From NCBI RefSeq assembly GCF_963921235.1, contig NC_086097.1, forward strand, positions 149,298,001-149,362,000: DNA of 64,000 nt, given 5' to 3'. Positions within the stretch are counted from its first letter, which is position 1, and each line of letters starts with the position of its first letter. This DNA is from Mobula hypostoma. Lineage: Eukaryota. The notes beneath the pieces are model-generated. The model was not told the DNA's origin and did not search any database. It worked only from the letters and a program-made list of their open reading frames with translations. The position numbers and the translations under genes were made by a program. Below, in pieces: positions 62,762 to 64,000 of this stretch.

Positions 62762-63655
62762 CAGCATCCATAGGAAGAAGCACAGTCGACGTTTCAGGCT
62801 GAGACCCTTTGTTAGGACTAACTGAAAGAAGAGATAGTAAGAGATTTGAAAGTGGGAGGGGGAGATCCGAAATGATAGGAGAAGACAGGAGAGGGAGGGA
62901 TGGAGCTTAGAGCTGGAAAGTTGGTTGGCAAAAGGGATACAAAGCTGGAGAAGGGAGAGGATCATGGGACGGGAGGCCTAGGGAGAAAGAAAGGGGGAGG
63001 GGGGTGCCAGAGGAAGATGGAGAGCAGACAAGGAGTAATTGTAAACAACAGAAATTCTGCAGATGCTGGAAATTCAAGCAACACACATCAAAGTTGCTGG
63101 TAAATGCAGCAGGCCAGGCAGCAACTCTAGGAAGAGGTACAGTCGACGTTTCAGGCCGAGACCCTTCGTCAGGAGTAATTGTGAGAGGGACAGAGAGAAT
63201 AAAAGAAAAAAATAAAAATAAATAAATTAGGGATGGGGTAAGAATGGGAGGAGGGGCATTAAAGGAAGTTAGAGAAGTCAATGTTCATGCCATCAGGTTG
63301 GAAGCTACCCAGACAGAATATAAGGTGTTGTTCCTCCATTAAACCACACTCAGGTTGGAGGAACAACACCTTATATTCCGTCTGGATAGCATCCAACCTG
63401 ATGGCATGAACATTGACTTCTGTAGCTTCCTTTAATGCCCCACCTCCCATTCTTACCCCATCCCTTATTTATTTATTTATTTCCTTTTTTTTCCCTCTCT
63501 GTTCCTCTCACAATTACTCCTTGCCTGCTCTCCATCTTCTTCTGGCGCTCCACTCTCCCTTTCTTTCTCCTTAGGCCTCCCGTCCCATGATCCTCTCCCT
63601 TCTCCAGCCTTGTATCCCTTTTGCCAATCAACTTTACAGCTCTTAGCTCCATCCA
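62762..63655. mobile_element. PLE pLTR fold-back with a nested short PLE insertion
   Basis: Minus pLTR to 63338, a loop of about 17 nt, then the plus copy at 63356-63655. The nested piece at 63043-63170 is flanked by aggagtaattgt repeats. Confidence 0.88.
63141..63176 (-). ncRNA. Minimal hammerhead ribozyme, core intact, stem I truncated
   Basis: Minus strand actc-CTGACGA-a-ggg-tctcgg-cct-GAAA-C-GTC-gact. Confidence 0.6.
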
Positions 63656-64000
63656 CAAACTAAAAGGATACAAATATGAGTGCAGAAATTAAAGCCATGG
63701 TTCAGGATTGATGTTTTTGTATGCCAGCAGCTTCCCACCCAGCTAGAAATCTAAAATAAAAATATAAAATACTGGAAACACTGAACAAGTCAGGTAGCAT
63801 CTGTGCAAACAGAAACAGTTAATATTTCAATCCAACACCCTCTGTCAGAAACAAAAAAACTGATAAAAACACAAATGCTGGAACTGCTTAGCTGTTGAGG
63901 CGGAAGTAAAACAGTTAACCTTTCAGACTAATAAGCTTTCATTAACAGTGAAGGAGAGTAATTGCCCTAATTTAGTACAGAAAATTAACAGAGTTGATAG

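Overview
Vertebrate intronic DNA, most likely from a cartilaginous fish (inferred from the mix of CR1, Rex1/Babar, RTE, Penelope-like and V-SINE-like repeats). The window holds the middle of one + strand protein-coding gene, PHF20L1. I can support six coding exons: 10956-11044, 14938-15148, 32410-32541, 37625-37707, 49582-49849 and 60732-60920. They join in frame with canonical AG/GT sites, and both ends of the gene lie outside the window. The introns are mostly nested, decayed mobile elements: CR1, Rex1/Babar, RTE, Penelope-like elements (PLE), Tc1 remnants, two solo LTRs, a non-autonomous Helitron and SINEs. The most notable hidden signal is a minimal type I hammerhead ribozyme motif (CTGACGA-A-stem II-GAAAC-GTC) in about a dozen PLE terminal-repeat copies. 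Two of these have an intact core and lie in the sense orientation of the PHF20L1 pre-mRNA. Hammerheads in PLEs are a known class, so this is a new instance rather than a new system. Other points of interest are long PLE fold-back structures, a twin-primed RTE insertion, a Helitron with 23-aa repeats, candidate alternative or poison exons, and a PLDLS (CtBP-type) motif. Repeat boundaries without target-site duplications (TSDs) are approximate. Homology calls come from my recall of these families, not from database searches.
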